A stretch of 58,234 bases of DNA, taken from contig WGDO01000032.1 in NCBI GenBank assembly GCA_015493225.1, positions 1-58,234 on the forward strand. Direction: 5' to 3'. The notes under the pieces are model-generated. The model was given only the letters and a program-made list of their open reading frames with translations. It ran no database searches and was not told where the DNA came from. A program made the position numbers and the translations under genes. The number at the start of each line of letters is the position of its first letter. The stretch's first letter is position 1. This DNA is from Patescibacteria group bacterium. Lineage in GTDB: Bacteria; Patescibacteriota; Minisyncoccia; Moranbacterales; DUUL01. Of the stretch, positions 58,045-58,234 are shown piece by piece.

Positions 58045-58234
58045 TCCAAAAAAGCTGTTTAATGTTTCTTGAAAAATTGGCATATAGTGCCCAATGGGAC
58101 CTAACATGTTAAACTAACCTAGTATTTAACTAGGTTTTTTAACATTCAAACGTATGAATAAGAAAAAATGTCCTTATTGCAACAATAGCAAATGTATTAA
58201 AAAAGGTAAAAGAGATGGTCATCAGAGATGGCAA

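Overview
AT-rich bacterial chromosomal segment in genetic code 11 (TGA ends several conserved genes, e.g. ruvC). Gene content and style (alpha2-type GlyRS, DUF4012, exported MEMO-like protein, many small palindromic repeats) suggest a Patescibacteria/CPR, probably Parcubacteria-type, genome (inference). It carries surface-glycan genes (GT4 x2, GT2, three Wzz-like proteins, O-antigen ligase, WecB/TagA), housekeeping genes (glyQS, clpB, mreBCD-mrdA, yebC, ruvC, obgE, gltX, maf, pgeF), tRNA-Pro(GGG), tRNA-Val(GAC), an MNT-HEPN toxin-antitoxin pair, a lone SF1 helicase and several orphan ORFs. The intergenic DNA is unusually structured. The best candidate for a new system is a ~190-nt putative ncRNA (43619-43812) with its own sigma70 promoter, a 5' pseudoknot, a four-way junction and two tandem copies of the 23S rRNA helix-13 motif (AGUAGCGGCGAGCGAA), next to an ArsR-type gene bracketed by three perfect 28-bp palindromes. 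Also notable: a very short T-box before glyQS, a Phe-rich leader-peptide attenuator before two Zn-ribbon orphans, nested inverted repeats around mreBCD, a duplicated tRNA-Val T-arm split by hairpins, an orphan CIRCE, and several MITE/REP-like families. All family assignments come from motifs recognised by eye; no database search was run.
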